The notes under the pieces are model-generated. The model was not told the DNA's origin. It saw only the letters and a list, made by a program, of their open reading frames with translations, and did no database searches. 64,000 nucleotides of DNA from Fonticula alba ATCC 38817 (taxonomy: Eukaryota; Protista; Nucleariida): the NCBI GenBank assembly GCA_000388065.2, contig KB932209.1; one strand, given 5' to 3'. The translations under genes were made by a program, and so were the position numbers. This document shows, one piece after another, positions 1-12,019 of this stretch. Numbering within the stretch: position 1 is the first letter of the stretch; each line of letters begins with the position of its first letter.

Positions 1-1058
1 CCCTTCTGGTTCGGTACGCCCTCCTTCATGCCCGAGCGGTCCCTAACCAGTAGTAAGATTTCCGGTATAGCTTCCGTCAAAGCTTCACTCCTTTGACGTA
101 AGACTGGATCCGTGAGAACCCTGCTACATTGACTAACCCTCGTGGATCCGCGCGCCGTTTGACACACGCACCAGCGACCGGGGGGCGTGGGCCGGGGACG
201 GAGGCGCGCACGCGTACGGCGCGTTCCTCTCAGCGACGCCCTTGCCCATCACTCTGCCCCCCTCCCCCCCCCCGGGGGGGGGGTGGCGGAAGAGCAATGA
301 GGCCGCACGAAACGGCGCCGGCCGTGTTCGGTACGGTGCCCGGGGTCAGGGGGTCTGGGAGGGGCCAGCCGCGCGCAACATGGTTGGCCGGTCGGGAGAT
401 GTCCATTCGGGAGCTTCGGCACCTTGCGTAAGGACCCCTTCGGCGTGTCCCAGACACATATGCGCGCATGCAACGGCGCCACACCCCCCGACCGAGCTGC
501 AATGACGATCATTGAGGACGCGCAAGGGCAGAGGGCCCGGCGCGCTGAGAGGGGCCGGATTACGCAATACGCTGCCAGGAGACGCAGCTTGGGCCGTCTA
601 ACCGGCGAAGACCGCGGCCGGGCTTGTTGTCGGTCCTCGCGGGCCGTCCCGGTGGGCCTGTGCGTGTGCGTGTGCGCGTATGCGCGTGTATGCGAGTGTG
701 TGTGCGCGTGTGCCCTTGCGTGTGGTGCTGTTGCTCGACCCGCGGCGGCAGGGGGTCCGCGCTCGCCGCCGGGGGCTTGACCCGCCCTGCGCGGGCCCTC
801 TGGACGCTTCGGTGGTCCGTAGGTGGGCCTGGCATCTCTCTGCCCCAAGGTGTGGCTCATGCATGTGTGTGTGTGTGTGTGTGTGTAGAGCGTGGACCGC
901 GCCCCGTTGGCCTGGGGGAAGGTATTTTGGCGGCCACGCCGCCTGGCGTCTGGTCCAGTGGCCTCACCAGCGAAGCCCCCCTACCTCCCATCCCCAATCG
1001 CCCGATTTCCCCCAGTTTTCCCTCCTTTCGCCCTCGTCGCCGCTCTCCCCCCGCCATC

Positions 1059-1978
1059 ATGCCCGTCCGCGCCCAGTTCGAGAACAGCAATGACATCGGT
1101 GTCTTCGCCCGCCTGACCAACGCCTACTGCCTGGTCGGCATCGGTGCCTCCGAGAACTTCTACAGGTGATTAGCTCCGCCCCCCCCCTCTCTCTCTCACT
1201 CCGCCACCTGCGCCTCGCTCTCGATTGCTTTCGCACTTCATCGGTCGCTTGCCNNNNNNNNNNNNNNNNNNNNNNNNNNNNNNNNNNNNNNNNNNNNNNN
1301 NNNNNNNNNNNNNNNNNNNNNNNNNNNNNNNNNCCCTGCAGTGTCTTCCAGGCGGAGCTCGGCAACAGCATCCCCCTGGTGCGCACCACCATCGCCGACA
1401 CCCGTATTGTCGGCCGCATGACCGTCGGCAACCGCCACGGCCTGCTCCTGCCCAACAGCACCACCGACCAGGAGATGCAGCACATTCGCAACTCCCTGCC
1501 CGACTCCGTGCAGATCACCCGCCTTGAGGAGCGCCTTTCGGCCCTCGGCAATGTGATTGCCTGCAACGACTACGTGGCCCTGGTCCACCCCGACATCGAC
1601 CGCGAGACCGAGGAGATCATCATCGACACCCTCAAGGTCGAGGTCTTCCGCCAGACCGTGGCCGGCGAGGTCCTCGTCGGCGCCTACTGCGTCCTCAACA
1701 ACAACGGTGGTCTGGTGCACCCGAACACCTCGATCGAGGACCAGGATGAGCTGGCGTCCCTGCTGCAGGTTCCCCTGCTGGCTGGTACCGTGAACCGCGG
1801 TTCGGCCGTCCTCGGTGGCGGCCTCATCGTCAACGACTGGGCCTCCTTCGCCGGTGCCATCACCACCCCCAGCGAGAGCGCCGTCATCGACTCGGTCTTC
1901 CAGTTCCAGGACTCCGGCCACACCTCGGCCGTCAACGACGCCTGGGTCCGCGACAGCCTCATCGACAGCATGAACTAA
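1059..1978 (+). CDS. EIF6: Eukaryotic translation initiation factor 6 (60S anti-association factor), 2 exons (1059-1165, 1342-1978)
   Basis: Translation [27 protein letters not shown]...YS|[37 protein letters not shown]...[20 protein letters not shown] is a clear eIF6/Tif6. The GT..CAG intron restores the frame. Confidence 0.97.
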
Positions 1979-4900
1979 GCGGGGATGGCCGTGCCTTCCC
2001 TCTATTTTTTCTTTGCCGTCCATGCGCGCGGCACCCCGCGCGTGTGTGGGCGTGCGAGGGTATATTTGCGCGCACGCGCGTGCACCTACAGGCGAAATCG
2101 CCTGCGGGGGCTGGCCGGCGGCCGGGCGCCACCACGACGCGCGTGTTTGTCTGTGTGTGTGTCTGTGCGCCCCGGTGGCGGCGCCATATATCCTCTCACT
2201 CTCTTCCCCCTACTTCTCCGGTATCTTGTCCTTGTTCCTCTCGCTCTCTCCCTCCCGTTGTTTGTCCTATCCCCTCCCCTTCTCTCCCGGACGCGGAATG
2301 CGGGGAGCTTCTTCTCCCTAAGCCTAGATCCCCCCCCCCCCTGTACACAATATTCAATCCAGTCCTTGCGCTCTCACCCTTGTCCGTGTGCGTGTGTGTG
2401 TTTGTTGTATCCCCCTTGTACCGTCAGCCGCTGCTTTCCTCGCCCTCAAAGACTTCAGTGCGCACATGGCCGCTTTCCCTCCTCCCCCTCCTCGATGGGG
2501 GGCTCGAGCGTGGGTCGTCCCTCCCGGCACAGGGCCGCCCCGTCATCCGCGAGAGGCGGCTCTCGCAGCATGGTTGCATGGGGGGGGGGGNNNNNNNNNN
2601 NNNNNNNNNNNNNNNNNNNNNNNNNNNNNNNNNNNNNNNNNNNNNNNNNNNNNNNGGGGGGGGGGGGGGGGGGGCATCGGCCTGCAAGCAAACCTCCTGA
2701 GGCGCCCATCCAGACGTCAGCCGGTGCCCTTATCGTTGTTGTTGTTGTTGTTGTTGCCGGACACTGTGCCTTCCGCCCGCCCACCAACCCCCCTCTCTCT
2801 CCCCTGCTATCCCGGCGCCGCGGCGCATCTGTGGGCGCCCTCCCCGGGCTATGCTCAGGTTCGGGTCTCTCTCTCTCTCTCTCTCTCTCTCTTTCAGGAG
2901 GCACCTCACTCCCCGGCCCGCGCGGGCAAGGCCCAGAGTCTGGGAAGGGGCGGAGACTTTCGGCAAGCACAGCCAGCTGCACTCGAGCGACACAGGGGCC
3001 GCATGGGTGGGGCGGGCTGGCCCAAAGCACGTGGATTAAGATCACACCACAATACCAGAACGAGAAGTCCCCGGCCAGATCGGGGTTTTCTCGTCCGGGT
3101 TTGGGCGTCGTGTGCTTCCAGACACAGCAGCTTGACATTGGCCCTGCGTTCGCCCCCGCCCCCGGGGGACGGTATTTCTCGGGGAAGGGGGGGGGGGGGG
3201 GCGGCTTCGGCGGGCGCTCCCTCGGCCCGTCCATCCTCGGCGCATCTTGGAGGCTGCGCGGTCTGTGCCCCCGGCCCAGCTTCCGGCCCTTCTCCGGATG
3301 GCCGGTTTTCCAAGGAGGGACTTGGCACAGCCTGGCACCGAAGACCGAACCATTCCCACCACCGGGGGTGTGGGGTCCAACGGCGGGTCCTCGCAAAATG
3401 GTCGGGTATCTTATCGGGCACAGGCGGGCACTTTGCCACGTAGGGGCGCATTGCTCGCCGCCGGCAGACGCCCGCCGGCATCCCCGTTGATGAGGGCATG
3501 GCAGTGCCCCTCGCCCGGCCAGCAAGGAGTTGGCAGCTAGATACCCCCGCTGCTCGGCCCCCCCCCCCCCTCCCCCCTCATGTCCTCGTGCGGGGGGAGC
3601 CAGGCGTGCCAAGAAGAAAGGAGCGGGGGTGCCAGGCGCCGAGCTGGCAAGGAGATCCAGTCGTTGTGGGTGAAATCCCCCCCCCCCCCCCCCCCCCCCG
3701 GCCCACGGGGACAGCCCATCGCGCGCTCGGTGGCCAGAAGATCTCCCTGTCCCGGCCCGAGCCCGGGCACTCTTCCATTCCCGGGCTCCGTGATAGGCTC
3801 CCCGTCCGGCCCCCGGGTAATCTCGGCTTTCAAAACGCCCCGGCCGCGATCCATTGCCACAGGGGAAGCTCGCGGGCCGGGCGTGTCCGTGGGCGTTCGG
3901 CGCGACCGAAGATACTCCCACGGCGAGGGGGCCTGCTTCGTGGCGGGATGCCAGGCAGAGCCCGAGTCTTGGGAGGGGATCCTTGGGTGTGGGCCCAGGG
4001 TCTCGAGGCCCGGTTCGTTGGTTGGGCATTTCGGCAGGGTGGGGCACGCCGTGTTGGCTCTTCCAGCCGGGAAGGGCAGACATGCGTGCGAGGCCCCCAC
4101 GGGGGGCCGATGAGAGGAGACTGCCCACCCCCTGCCCTGTTCCTCCTCGAGGATTGCCCCCTTGCCCCAGGCACCCGGGCATGTTTACCGTAAATGTCCA
4201 GGGGAGCCGGGAGAGCTGGCCGTCCTCGGGAGGGAAGAAGGAGAGAGAGAGAGAGGGCCCGAGGGAAAGACTGGCCTACCGGCCCGGGGCGATGCCCAGG
4301 ACGCAAGCCTCTCTCTCTCTCTCTCTTTCGCCCGGCCGCCGCACAGAATACCTCCCTTACCCCGCCGCCAGGAGGCCGGGGAGGCAGGGGATGGCAGGCG
4401 GCCGGGGGCATGTGAGCACGCCGCAAGATGGCCGATGGGGGGTGGTGCTGAGGAGCGCGCGATGCGAGCCTGCCAGAGCCTCCCCCCGTGTGCACAGGTG
4501 CCGTCCCGGTGCTCGGGCCTGTCGCCGAGGTCGAAGAGCATCCGCCGCGAGATCAGGGAGGAGTATGAGCCCCTGTAAGCAAGACCATACCCCTCGTGCC
4601 TCCTCATGCTACCTGCCTCTCCATCTTGCCTCTGTGCCATCCCCCTTCCCTGTCCCGCTCCGTTCCCTGCCACCCTCTTGTGATCTCTTTCTCCCTCTCG
4701 CTCTTGTCCACTTGTGCCTCTTTCCCCTGGCGGTCCGACCTCGCTCTCTCCAGCTCCCGCTCTTGGGCGCTCATCGCCCCTTGCCTGCCCATCCGCGCGG
4801 AAACCAGCCGGAGCTCTTTTTGATCCCTCCCCACCACCACACACAGACACACAGACAAACACATTCGCGCGCGCGCGCACATACCCATCCCTGAAGCCAA

Positions 4901-5103
4901 AGCGCCTCACCACACCAGCTGAGGCCTTGTGGACGCCCACCGTGGTACCCGGGCAACCAATCACGAAGGCGTAATCCCCCCCTATCGCCGGCCGGGGATC
5001 CTACCCCGCGATCTAGCCCTCTGTCGCCGAGCCTAACACCCCATCGTCGAGTGCGTGCGTGTGGGCGTGCGTGCGACCGACGCCAGCCAAAGCACCGGCA
5101 GGC

Positions 5104-5671
5104 ATGACCGATCACCAGCCCCGGCCGGCCGAGCGGCCAGCGGGTTCCCCCCCGCCCACGAGGGGTCCCGTCATGCAGGTCCATGTGCCGATTCCGATTG
5201 CCCGGAAGCGGGGCCTGACGGCACCAGCCCCCCTGCAGACATCCGGCCTGCCTGGTCCGCGGTATGGTGTTGATGCGCCGATCTCCGGGCGGGCGCCGAG
5301 CATGGCCGCCACCGGGCCCGGCCATGCCACGGGCCCGTGCCCTGCCAGCGCCTCCAATGACCTGACCGATGAGGACCCCGCGTCCGGAAGCCGGCCGCCG
5401 GTGGCAGACCGCCCGCGCTCCCAGTACTTCGATGCCATCGAGATCCCGAACAGGCGGCCGAGCGACTGGCAATCCGGCAGCCCGCCACTGGACGTGTCCA
5501 TCCCCTTGGAGCAGCTGGTCATCACCCCGAGCGGAGGCCGTTACGGCCCCCGGCGAGGGTCCCTGGCCCGGCGGTGCCCCCTGTCCGGGGTGGTGCTGGC
5601 TACCGAGGGCCCGGGCCGGCGCCCCGGCGCCCTGGGCCCCGGGCCCGGGGCCAGCTGCCCAGGCACATCGA

Positions 5672-5702
<31 letters not shown>

Positions 5703-7885
5703 TGCCGCCACCCTCCGACGTGGCCGTGCCCCTGGGAGTGCCTCAGCCCATTTGCAGCGCATCTCGCTTGGTTGTCGGCCGGCGGCGGCGCGTGCGATCG
5801 GCCTCGGTGGGCCGATGCGCCTGCCCTCCCACCGCCAGCTCCTCCGGCGGCGGCGGCGCGCGCGGCGGGCCACTGCCTCCCCGCTGGAGGCCTATCTTGC
5901 CCTGCTCCGGCGATTGAGCTGTGATGGCGGCGATAGCGGCGGCCCTGTCCAAGGGCCAGCCACCAACACGCTGATCACCGCCTCCGCGGTGGCGCCCCTG
6001 ACCGAGCCGCGTCCCGACATCGGCGCCGGCCGGCCGACTGCCCTGCCGGGGCCGGTGCTTGGGACCGCACCGGTGCACCCTGCTCCGGCCCCGGCCCCGG
6101 CCCCGGCCCCGCTGGCCAGCACCCCGGCCAGTCCCCCACGCAAGTACCAATCCTTCTCCATCCTGTCGGCCGGGTGCTCGGGCAGTGGCGGCTCGTCGGC
6201 CGTGCCCGCGCATGGCCCCGGGGACCTGGCCGACCGGATGCGCCAGCTCCGACTGGTGCAGATCCCGGAGAACTACGATGCCGGGGGCGGGTCGCGCCCT
6301 GGGGCCGGGCCCGCCGGCGTACCGGTCCCGGAGGCGCCTCTGCTGTCGCTGCAGCGCCGAGCATCCAAGTCCAAGCTGGCCGGCGGCAGTCCACAGGCGC
6401 AGGCCAAGCTGGCCTCGCGCCTCCTCAGCCGCGAGGAGGTCGGCTCCCCGACGGTACGCCTCCCCCCCCCCTCTCACATGCGGGCCCACAGCGGTGTGGC
6501 ATCTGTCAGTGTGTGCCGGTTTTGGACCCGCGGCCCCCCTCTTCCAGCTCGCGGTACTGATGGTCAAGTGGCCTCCCCTAAACACCCTGTGCCTGGCCCT
6601 GCCGGCCTGCCGCTACGTCGGGATCTGTGCCAACATCGGGCTGACAGGGGGCCGGGGGCGTCGGCTCGCCTGGAAGTGGCCGGCGCTTCCACGCCGATAC
6701 ACGCTCCGCCCCACCGAGCCCGGGGAATATGGCCATGCAGCTGTTGGCCGGCATCAAGAAGCTGGTCCTCCGGTCGCTGCCGGCATCGCCGATGAGCCGC
6801 CGCACCGGGGACGACGCCTCCTCGGCTGCCAGCACCCCGTCCTTGAATTCCTTCTTCACCCCCTTCAGCCCGTATGTGTCCAACACCCCGGGAGGGTCCT
6901 TTGCCCCGGGGCCCAGCGGGCTGGTGCCCTGTCCGGCATCCGCTTCGCCGAACGGCTTCCGCCTGGTGGTGTCGCCGCCGACGCCGGTCTTCGGCGATGT
7001 CAACCACCTTGGTGGCAACACAATGGCCGGCAGTCCGGCCGCGCCGCCGGCCCAGCCGCAAGGTAGCTGGGCCCCGGCCGGGCCCTCGGCCGGTGGGGCG
7101 CCTGGCGATTTTCCCGGCCCCGGGTCGGCCACCATGCCGGTCACCCCGGTTGACGCGGGTCCCAAGGGGGAGTGTCCCCCGGTAGGGGGCGCAGCCTCGG
7201 TGGTGGCGGGGCCCGGCGCGGGGGATCGCTCTCACGCGACCGAGAGTCGGGCCCCCGTGCGAGACGAGGCTCCCGCCGCCATCGCGGCCATTGCCCCGAC
7301 GGGGCCCTTCGACGACGGCCCGGGGCCATTGCAGGTCCGTCGGCCGGCCGGCACGCGCTCATCCACACAACCCGGCAGGGGCAGTTACATCCTGCGGCCT
7401 TCTCGCACCTCCCGTGTGTCTGACTCTCCATATCCCTCTCTCTCTCTCTCTCTCTCTCTCGCTCTCTCTGCCCCTACCCCCTCCGCCCTGCCTGCATCTC
7501 GTACCTCCTGTTTCCCCTCCGCATGGAATGCAGAAGCAACCCCCGCCAGAGCCACGCGCCACCACCCGGAAGCAGGTGAAGTCGCCCATCCTGCGGGCCC
7601 TGCCACAGGACCCGCCTTCCTTCGAGGAAACCGACGCCGTGACCGGCATGGGCGCCGACGGCGAGCACGCGAGCCAGCATCTGCCTCAGTCGGAGCAGCA
7701 CGCCTCATCGACCGCGGCCACGGCCATCACGTCACCCTCTGGCGTTGGGGCCGGGCTCCGGGCCCCGACCAAGGAGGAAGCCGCCCGGCGCGAGGTGGAG
7801 CTTGATCGGTTTCTCTGGTCGGACTCCGAGAGCCCGGAGCTTCGTCAATACGAGGTGGTCAAGGAATTGAACCAGTGCGTGGGGC

Positions 7886-7940
<55 letters not shown>

Positions 7941-8623
7941 TGCCGCTGTTGCTGCTGCTGCTACTGCTCTTCCCTCCCCCCTCCAGACGTCCGCGCATGT
8001 GCCCCACCATCTCCTGAGGCGCGACTCACTGACAGGCACCCTTCTCCCCGCCATTCCTGCCTCCCCTTCGATCGGGCTGCCGGGGGCCTCCTCGCAGCGG
8101 GGCCTTCGCCCGGGTGTTCCACGTTCGGCTGAACCGCAAGTCCCCGGCCGGGGGCACCGGACCAGCGGCCGGGTCCGGCCCGGGGGATAACCGCGGCCTC
8201 GGCGGCCCGAGCCAGGTGTTCGGCGCCAACCAGACCGGCCGGCCGGCGGACTTCGCCCTGAAGCGCATTTCCAAGCGCAAGCTCACCCCCCGCCAGCGGG
8301 CCAACACCCGGCGCGAGGCGGCCATCCACGCCCGACTGTCGCCCCCGGTGGCCCTCGGTGGGACCGGTGGCCATGCGAACCTCGTTCGGCTGTATGCCTG
8401 GTTCGAGACCAAGGAGGCCTTCTATCTGGTCCTCGATCTGTGCGTGACTGCGCGGCCTCGCGCCGCTGGCCCCTTTCCGGTGCCTTTGTCTTTTGGTCAA
8501 CCGGCGTTCCTCTTCTTTTCCGCCATCGCACACACCTCTCCCCGGGGGCGGGCGGGCACCTATGCCAGGAGCGCGAAGACCCGCTCGGGCTCTCACCATG
8601 GCCGGTGCCCCGCCTGCTCGAGT

Positions 8624-8660
<37 letters not shown>

Positions 8661-11512
8661 GGGGGGGAGGGCGGGGCGGGGACCCCCCCGGGGGGGGCGT
8701 GGCCCGGGGGGGGGCGGGGTACGGCCGTGTCTCGAGCGGAGGCTGGTTCCCTTCACACTGAGACAGGGGGGCGCGGAGGGGGGAGGGGCCGGCAGAGGGG
8801 GAGCCTGTCCCGGCCCTCGGGGCCGACGGTTTGTGCCTGTCTTTGGGTGGCCGGGGGGCCGGCAGGGCGGATCGGCCGCTGTTGTTTGCCCGCGAAAATG
8901 TCACCTGCCTTTCGGCCGGCGCTAACTTGCCCCGATCCCGATGCCGGTCGCGTTCTGTCGGACAATGTGCGCCCCCCATGCCTGGTGAAGGATGCGCGGC
9001 GGGGAGCTCTTCGACCGCCTGGAGCAGCGCGGCCCCGCCACCGAGGACCACGCGCGCACCTTGATCGTCGGCGTGGCCTCGGCCCTGGTACACCTCCATG
9101 ACCATGGCATCGTCCATCGGGACATCAAGCCCGAGAACCTGGTTTTCGCCCACTGGGTCGACCCTATCGACATGTATCCGCCGGCCGGGCCCGGGTGGGG
9201 CGGGCCTGCGCGGCCGAGCACCACCGACTCCGGGGATGACATCCCCTGGCACGGGCCGGCCGGCGAGCGCTTGCTTCTGTGTGACTTCGGCCTGGCCAAG
9301 TCCCTGCTGCCGATTGGCACCTCCCGCCGGGCCCGGGCTGGAGGCAATCCACCGGGGGCGGCTCCGACCGCGGGGACACCGTCGGCCGCCGGCAGCAGCA
9401 GTGTCACCACGGCGGCGGTGGCGGCCGGCCGGTCGTCGCACCTGTCGGCCCTGGCGCAAGCGGCTTCCTCGATCGCCTGCCAGGCGGCCCAGGCCACTTG
9501 GGCCTCGATCGGGACGAAGACCGGCCTCGGGTCGGCCGCCGAGCAGCCCCAGCAGCATGCCCCGTCCGCGGCGGCTTCCACGCCGCCCCAAGCCACAGCC
9601 ACCGCCGGGGCCCGGCGCAATGTGGCGGCCGCGCATCTCCAGCAGCAGGAGGGGGCCGGGCCGTTGCCGGGCCCGTCGCCGGAGGCCCCGAACTCCGAGC
9701 ACTATGGCCCTTTGCGGCCCTTCGCCGAGACCCCCTGCGGGACGGTGGGCTACCTGGCGCCGGAGGTGGCCGCGGCCAAGCGCCACGACTTCTCCGTGGA
9801 CATCTGGGCCCTGGGGTGTGTGCTATTTGCCCTGCTGGCGGGCTATCCGGCGTTCTACGATGAGGATCAGCGCGTGCTCACCGACAAGGTGAAGCGCGGG
9901 GACTTTGGCGGGTTCCCGGCTCCCTGGTGGGATGGCATCTCGGAGGACGGTACGCCACAGACCCAGCACAGCATGCCACCTGAGCATCGGGAGGGGGGGC
10001 GGGCGGGGGGGGNNNNNNNNNNNNNNNNNNNNNNNNNNNNNNNNNNNNNNNNNNNNNNNNNNNNNNNNNNNNNNGAGGCATGCCTGCGCGCCGGGCATGG
10101 CGGAGCAATGCCAGTGGGATCGGCGACGCCGGTGGTGGTGGAGGTGGTCGTGAGAAGATGGAAGGGGGGCTGGTCGGGCAGTGGCTGGCCTTTTTAGGGA
10201 AGACACTTTGGCGCATGCACACACACACACACACACGCACATGAGACATGCGACCTCTCTGACGCGCTGGAGCGTGACCACTCGGTGCCCAAACGGGTGA
10301 TACCCCTTCTTGGTATGTGCCCCGCAGCCAAGGATCTAGTTCGCCGGTGTCTGGAGGTGGACTCCGACCGGCGGATCACCGCGCGCGAGTTCCTCCAGCA
10401 CCCCTGGTGCCAGGTGGCGGTGGCCGCGGGGCTCGCGGCCACCGGCAGCAGCGCCCCGGCCCATCTTGTCTCGGGCCATGGCCACGATCTGCCGTCGGTG
10501 GCCGCTCCGGGGGAGCTGCTGATCGCGGGAGCCCCGCCGCCCCCCTTGGCCGGGCAGGAGAACGGCCCGGCCGCGGCGGCCCGGCGCCCGCTGCTGGTGA
10601 CGGCCGCCGGCCCGGTCCGGCCTCTGGCCCTCAAGATGACTGCTCCCGGACCGGACGGAGGTGCCGGCCTGGCGGGCGCCGGGCCCGTGGTGCCCGACGC
10701 CATCCGAGTGACCATCCCCCCCTCGCCGACGGATGGTCCAGCCCCGGGGGCCGGGAGTCTGCCCGGGTGGCGGCCCGGTCCGCCGGACGCCTCCCTCGGC
10801 TCGGATGCCGTTACCACGCAGATCGACATCTCGCCGGTGGCGGCGGCCGGCAGCGAGGCGCGCTTCCGCCATGTCGGGCCGCTCGGGTGGGACTTGACCA
10901 TTCCGGCCTTTGACCGGCGCTCGGAAGCCCGCCGGCCGGCGGCGGTGCCGGCAGCCGCCACCCCGTCCGCGACTGCGGCGCCCCCTGCCCTCCGTGAGCA
11001 TCAGCATCAGCACCAGCACCTGCCGTCGGCATCGCCGCAGCATCATCATCAGCAGCACCATCACGCGGCGGCGGCCTCCACCTCCTTTGTCATTCGCCGA
11101 GCGTCCTTCGACGACCCACCCCCGGCGGGGGGGGTGGCCGCTTCCCGGGGACCGGGGCTGCCTCCGACCCCCTGCGATGATGTGGCCGATGATGCGGCCC
11201 GCGCCACCGCCGGCCGGCATGGGGGGCGGAGGTCCAATACTTTGGCCAGCTCGGCCAGGCAAATGCCCACTCGCCCACGCGCCTGGCCGGGGGGCCGATC
11301 GTCACGCGCTTCCCCCTGGGCAGCCTCGTCACGGCCGTCACACCTGCACAGGCAGACGCCGCCAGCCCGACCGACGGTGGCCCCGGCGAGGAGCCCCCCC
11401 TCGGGCCGGTTCTTGTTCCCATGCAGTCGGGCTTCCAGCTCCGGGCCGACCTGTCGGCCTCGCATTTGCTGGTGAAGCGCGCCCAGCGCCAGCAGCAGCA
11501 GCAACAGCAGCA

Positions 11513-11609
<97 letters not shown>

Positions 11610-11914
11610 NNNNNNNNNNNNNNNNNNNNNNNNNNNNNNNNNNNNNNNNNNNNNNNNNNNNNNNNNNNNNNNNNNNNNNNNNNNNNNNNNNNNNNNNNNN
11701 NNNNNNNNNNNNNNNNNNNNNNNNNNNNNNNNNNNNNNNNNNNNNNNNNNNNNNNNNNNNNNNNNNNNNNNNNNNNNNNNNNNNNNNNNNNNNNNNNNNN
11801 NNNNNNNNNNNNNNNNNNNNNNNNNNNNNNNNNNNNNNNNNNNNNNNNNNNNNNNNNNNNNNNNNNNNNNNNNNNNNNNNNNNNNNNNNNNNNNNNNNNN
11901 NNNNNNNNNNNNNN

Positions 11915-12009
<95 letters not shown>

Positions 12010-12019
12010 CCGGCCATAG
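5104..12019 (+). CDS. CAMK-group Ser/Thr kinase, fungal Rck2/Srk1 (MAPKAPK-like) type. Inferred exons 5104-6453, 6648-7334, 7534-7874, 8098-8439, 8991-9949, 10328-12019; the last exon needs a frame change near 11221
   Basis: Motifs YEVVKELNHGAFARV, ALK, RREAAIH, MRGGELFDRL, HRDIKPENL, CDFG, TPCGTVGYLAPEV, VDIWALG, AKDLVRRCL, HPW. The insert between the catalytic loop and DFG and the TPCGTVGY motif are typical of Rck/Srk1. The 5' exons and 3' end are less certain. Confidence 0.85.
7888..7963 (+). repeat. (GCT/CTG)n trinucleotide microsatellite in kinase intron 3
   Basis: About 25 imperfect GCT units lie between the GTGCGT donor at 7875 and the acceptor at 8097. Confidence 0.9.
11490..12007 (+). 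repeat. (CAG)n tract encoding a C-terminal polyQ, interrupted by an N gap
   Basis: About 40 codons (nearly all CAG) before and about 31 CAG after the ~305-N gap at 11610-11914. Confidence 0.93.

Noticed and set aside
1985-4182. 500-575 aa ORFs between eIF6 and the kinase
   Set aside because: They are Gly/Pro/Arg-rich, cross N gaps and microsatellites, and show no domain or codon bias. This is expected by chance at this GC content.
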